From Hyalangium minutum (lineage in GTDB: Bacteria > Myxococcota > Myxococcia > Myxococcales > Myxococcaceae): a DNA stretch of 64,000 nucleotides. Positions 60,418 to 64,000 of the stretch are shown piece by piece. Location: assembly GCF_000737315.1 (NCBI RefSeq), contig NZ_JMCB01000023.1:62001-126000 (forward strand), written 5' to 3'. How positions within the stretch are numbered: position 1 is the stretch's first letter; each line of letters begins with the position of its first letter. Both the position numbers and the translations under genes were made by a program. The notes below the pieces were generated by a model that had not been told where the DNA came from, did no database searches, and worked only from the letters and a program-made list of their open reading frames with translations.

Positions 60418-62694
60418 ATGCGGCGGGCCTGGCTCGGCATCGCCACGGTGGTGGCGGCAGTGGTGGCCGTGGCCCTGCTCGTGGCCCGGCCCCCTCCCCC
60501 ACGCGCCTCGAATGCGCCTCCCGAGGCGTTCTCCGAGGAGCGGGCCTGGCCGGTGTTCCTCCACCTGACGCGGACGCTCGGCTCTCGAGCCACGGGCACG
60601 GCTCAGTGGCGGCCAGCGGCCGCGTACCTCTTGGAGAAGCTGCGCGAACTGCCCGGCGTCGAGGTGGAGCTCCAAGAGGGCCCCGGCGTGGTGCAGCGCG
60701 GGTGGATCGTGGAGTCCGTGCAGTACTCGGCTCGGAATGTGCTCGCGCGCATCCCCGGGCGCAGTCAGGAGGCCATTCTCCTCACGGCCCACTACGACTC
60801 GGCACTGGAGGGCGCGGGGGCGGGCGATGACGGCCTGGCTGCGGCGGCACTCGTGGAGGTTGCGCGCGCGTTGACGGCGGGCCCGCGGCTCGAGCGCACG
60901 GTGATCCTGAACCTGAGCGGGGCCGAGGAGCTGTGGGTCGCGGGCGCGCCCCGCTTCTTGGAGCACCCGTGGAGCAAGGATGTCACGGCCTTCGTGAACC
61001 TCGACTCCATGGGGACGCGAGGGCGGCTCCTGCTCTTCCGGGTGACCGAAGGTGATTTGGGACTGCTGGAAGCGTACGCGCGGGCGGCTCCGCATCCGCA
61101 CGGCTCCGCGTTCGCGCAGGATCTGTTCAAGACAGGCGTCATCCCCAGCGGCACCGAGTTCGCCATCTACGCCGAGCAAGGAAAGCTGCACGGCTTGGAC
61201 CTGGCCCTGTACGAGGACGGCTACGCGTACCACACGGCGCTGGATACGCCGGAGCGGGTGGAGCGCGGGACGATGCAGGACATCGGAGAGACCGCCCTGG
61301 CCGTGACGCGCGAGCTGGCGAGCGCCCTGCCCAACGAGCGTTCCGCGATCGGCAGCTACTACGACTTCCTGGGGCTCACGTTCTTCACCCACACGCCTCA
61401 GGGAATGGTGGGGCTCATGGCGCTCGCCCTGCTCGCCGCTGCGGGAGCCATGGGCACGGTGCTGCGCCGGGAGCTTCGTGGAGTCCGGTGGATGCTCGCA
61501 GGCCTTCTGTCCTCTGTGCTGGGTGTGGTGGCGAGCCTGCTCGCTGCGGCGCTGGGTGCTGGGCTCCTGGTGTTGCTGGGCCGAACGTTTGGGTGGTTCG
61601 CCACGCCCTGGCTCGCAGTGGTGGGGTTTGGAGGTCTGGCACTCGCGGGCTTCCTGGCGGTGCAGCACCTGTGGGTGAGATGGGCGATGAGGCGCGGAGT
61701 CACGCTGCGCGAGGTCATGCTCGGCACCTGGGCGGGGGCACTCGGGGTGTGGGGACTGCTGGGAGCGGTGGCGGTGACGCAAGGAGCGGGCATCTCCTAC
61801 TTGCCGCTCTGGTGGCTACTGCCGGGAGCGCTCGGGCTCGCGGTGGCGGCTCTGGCTCCTCGCTACACCTGGGCGGGCTGGCTCATCGCCTTCGTCCCGG
61901 GAGCCCTGCTCACCGTGCGGCTGGGCGCAATGCTGTTGGCCGTGTTCATCCCCATGGCGGTGCGCCTGTCCGCCGGCATCCCCTTGGACTTCGTGATTGC
62001 GCTGCTGGCGGCGCTTCCCGTGGCGCTCTGCGCGCTGGTGGCTGTGCCTCGGGCGTTGGAGGCTGGGGCGCCCGGCCGCGTGAGCGCCATGGCTGGCGGT
62101 GTGGCCCTGCTCGCGGTGGTGGCCATGGCCATCGTCCCGCCCTTCAGTGCCGCTCGGCCTCAGCGGCTTCGGGTGGAGCAGCGGGACGAGGCGGGGCGCA
62201 GCACGCTCTTGTTCAGGGGAGGTGGAGGCCAGGACCTGCAGGAGGCGATGAAGGGGTTGGCAGGAGCGCGGCGTGCCGAAGCGGGACAGTGGCGGCTCGA
62301 CCTCGGTGAGGCGCAGTCTCTGGAGCAGGACGCGGAGATCACTCCGCAGGCCGCTCCGTCTGGTGCGGGCTTAAGGAAGGTCACGCTCCGGCTCCAAGCC
62401 CGAGGCGCCCAGGAACTCAAGCTGAAGATCCCTCGTGAATCTCTGGTGGAGTGGTCCCTGGGCCCGCTGCCCGAGCTGCGCGCTGGAGACACCTTCTACC
62501 GCGCGGGCCACGTCGAGCCTCCACCGGAGGGCTGGGAGGTCACCCTCACGCTGCGAGGCGAAGCCCCTGTGCCGGTGGAGTTCACGCAGGTGTTCAACAC
62601 ACCCTCCCCTGAGGCCCAGACGGTGCTCGACCGACTGCCAGAGTGGGTGTCCTCGCATGCCCGGCGATACCGCTCCCGCATGCTCTCGCTCTGA
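60418..62694 (+). CDS. M28 family metallopeptidase with multi-TM domain (ERMP1-like)
   Basis: AHYDS, GAGDDG, GAEE, NLDSMG, YHT.LD; 8-9 TM helices; ATG immediately after the tyrS TAG. Confidence 0.85.
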   Translation: MRRAWLGIATVVAAVVAVALLVARPPPPRASNAPPEAFSEERAWPVFLHLTRTLGSRATGTAQWRPAAAYLLEKLRELPGVEVELQEGPGVVQRGWIVESVQYSARNVLARIPGRSQEAILLTAHYDSALEGAGAGDDGLAAAALVEVARALTAGPRLERTVILNLSGAEELWVAGAPRFLEHPWSKDVTAFVNLDSMGTRGRLLLFRVTEGDLGLLEAYARAAPHPHGSAFAQDLFKTGVIPSGTEFAIYAEQGKLHGLDLALYEDGYAYHTALDTPERVERGTMQDIGETALAVTRELASALPNERSAIGSYYDFLGLTFFTHTPQGMVGLMALALLAAAGAMGTVLRRELRGVRWMLAGLLSSVLGVVASLLAAALGAGLLVLLGRTFGWFATPWLAVVGFGGLALAGFLAVQHLWVRWAMRRGVTLREVMLGTWAGALGVWGLLGAVAVTQGAGISYLPLWWLLPGALGLAVAALAPRYTWAGWLIAFVPGALLTVRLGAMLLAVFIPMAVRLSAGIPLDFVIALLAALPVALCALVAVPRALEAGAPGRVSAMAGGVALLAVVAMAIVPPFSAARPQRLRVEQRDEAGRSTLLFRGGGGQDLQEAMKGLAGARRAEAGQWRLDLGEAQSLEQDAEITPQAAPSGAGLRKVTLRLQARGAQELKLKIPRESLVEWSLGPLPELRAGDTFYRAGHVEPPPEGWEVTLTLRGEAPVPVEFTQVFNTPSPEAQTVLDRLPEWVSSHARRYRSRMLSL

Positions 62695-62767
62695 TGAATA
62701 AGCCCGCCTGGAGGAAGTCCAAGCCAGCGAGGCCCCGCCTCCATGGGGGCTGAGGATCTCTCAAGGT

Positions 62768-63820
62768 ATGCTCCCGGCACCCATGTCGCGTCTCCTTGCT
62801 CTGCTGTCGACGCTGTTCCTCCCCCTGGTTGCGCTCGCGGGTTCTGGGGCTTTCGTCTCCTCCACCCGCGTGGAGGCCGTGGATCAGCCCGAGTCCAAGA
62901 AGGTCGTCTTCACCGTCGAGCCCGACACCTCGTATCCCCTACTCAAGAAGGGCGGGCCTGACCGCAAGTGGTGCAAGCTCCAGGGCCCCAAGGGCGAAGG
63001 CTGGGTGCTCTGCGACGGCGCCGAAGAGACAGCGGTCCAGGCAGCTCCGAGCGCCACGGAGCTCGTGAAGGCGGACAAGCCTCAGAAGGCCGAAGTCATG
63101 CCCGCGGTGGCGAAGATGGCCTCGGGGTGCGCGACGAAGTGCAGCACCCCTCCCCTCTTCTCGAAGGCGCCGGAGCTGTCGGCGGTGGACCGGGAGATCC
63201 TCGCGCTCTGCCCCGCCCGGCCGGATGTATCGGTGAGCGCTGGGGATGTGCAGCGCTTCTTCTCCAACCATTATGATGATGCGCGCATCCAGCGGGCGCT
63301 CGCGGCGGCGGGACGCTCTCGGACAGGAGCGAGCGCGAAGCAGGCCAACATCGAGTGGCTCACCAGTCTCTGGGCGAGCACCGGGCCTCGCAATGCGTTC
63401 ACCCACGTCTTCTGCGGCGACGACTGGCTGAAGGGTCCCATCGGTGGACTGCACTACCAGGCTCGCTATGCGCAGCTCGAGGCCGAGGGGAAGCTCTGCT
63501 ACGACGGCCCGACTCGCGGCAACAAGGCGATCCAGGGCGACCAGTACCTCATCTCCTTCCACGGCGTGGCGCCTTGGTCCTGCGGGGAGAAGAAGGTCGG
63601 CGGGTTCTCGCGCTCGCAGGATGCGGTGAGCATCGCGGCCATCGGGACGCGGGCCTTCGTGCGCTGCTGCGCCCGGGACGGAGCGAAGAAGGAGGGCGGC
63701 GTCTACTCCGCGCCGGATCTCGGCGGCACCTCGTGGCAGATCTTCTGCGGTACCCGGAACGGCACCTACGGCATCGCCACGCTCTACCCCACCACCGATC
63801 GCCCCACCTGCTCCGAGTAG
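62768..63820 (+). CDS. Secreted protein: SH3-like N-domain + EndoU (XendoU-like) ribonuclease domain
   Basis: Signal peptide; KWCKLQGPKGEGWV (SH3b-like); FTHVFCG, GGLHY, KKVGGF give the His-His-Lys set of EndoU. Confidence 0.7.
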   Translation: MLPAPMSRLLALLSTLFLPLVALAGSGAFVSSTRVEAVDQPESKKVVFTVEPDTSYPLLKKGGPDRKWCKLQGPKGEGWVLCDGAEETAVQAAPSATELVKADKPQKAEVMPAVAKMASGCATKCSTPPLFSKAPELSAVDREILALCPARPDVSVSAGDVQRFFSNHYDDARIQRALAAAGRSRTGASAKQANIEWLTSLWASTGPRNAFTHVFCGDDWLKGPIGGLHYQARYAQLEAEGKLCYDGPTRGNKAIQGDQYLISFHGVAPWSCGEKKVGGFSRSQDAVSIAAIGTRAFVRCCARDGAKKEGGVYSAPDLGGTSWQIFCGTRNGTYGIATLYPTTDRPTCSE

Positions 63821-64000
63821 CTCCCAGGCTCCGCAGCCCAGGAGCCCCGCTCCCGGCACACCCGCTGTAGCGCAAAGAACAATTCCTCCGCCTCCCCCGT
63901 GCACCGCCTGACGCGTGCCGCGCCTGTGCCCGCTTGGACGTTGGCGCGGTCAACCCGGGCGGGCAGCCTCCGTGGACATTACCCGCATGCGCCCGCGCTG

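Noticed and set aside
58474-61782. 1102-aa minus-strand ORF
   Set aside because: Antisense shadow of ygfA, tyrS and the M28 gene.

Overview
High-GC myxobacterial chromosome segment (Cystobacterineae-like, judged from the clear AglZ orthologue and gene order). It has two parts. (1) Positions 1-19,046 are an accessory region: phosphodiester glycosidase, tandem PilZ genes, an AetD-like/tryptophan-prenyltransferase fusion, a Ser/Thr kinase, two beta-lactamase-family serine hydrolases, a three-gene unit (secreted fascin-like/di-heme c protein, LodA/GoxA-type CTQ oxidase, LodB-type flavoprotein) and a C39-like peptidase lipoprotein. It ends in a decayed 2.6-kb islet bounded by 25-bp direct repeats matching the tmRNA 3' end, holding an internally deleted integrase, an EF-hand protein, a truncated SitA6-type toxin and an intact SitI6-type immunity gene. 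(2) Positions 19,092-64,000 are core genome: alkB-like, xerC, aglU-like, trmFO, dksA-like, a TolQ/TolR/TolR set, topA, dprA, tsaP-like LysM, pgeF, a diguanylate cyclase, DegP, GH57, DUF4912, a GT4, aglZ, MoxR, ilvE, an AAA ATPase, a degenerate Fic, DHH, cysteine desulfurase, a kinase, 6S RNA-ygfA, tyrS, M28 peptidase and a secreted EndoU-like nuclease. The best candidates for undescribed biology are the di-heme/fascin + LodA + LodB unit and the AetD-like-DMATS fusion. All family calls come from motif reading and remembered family features; no database search was run.
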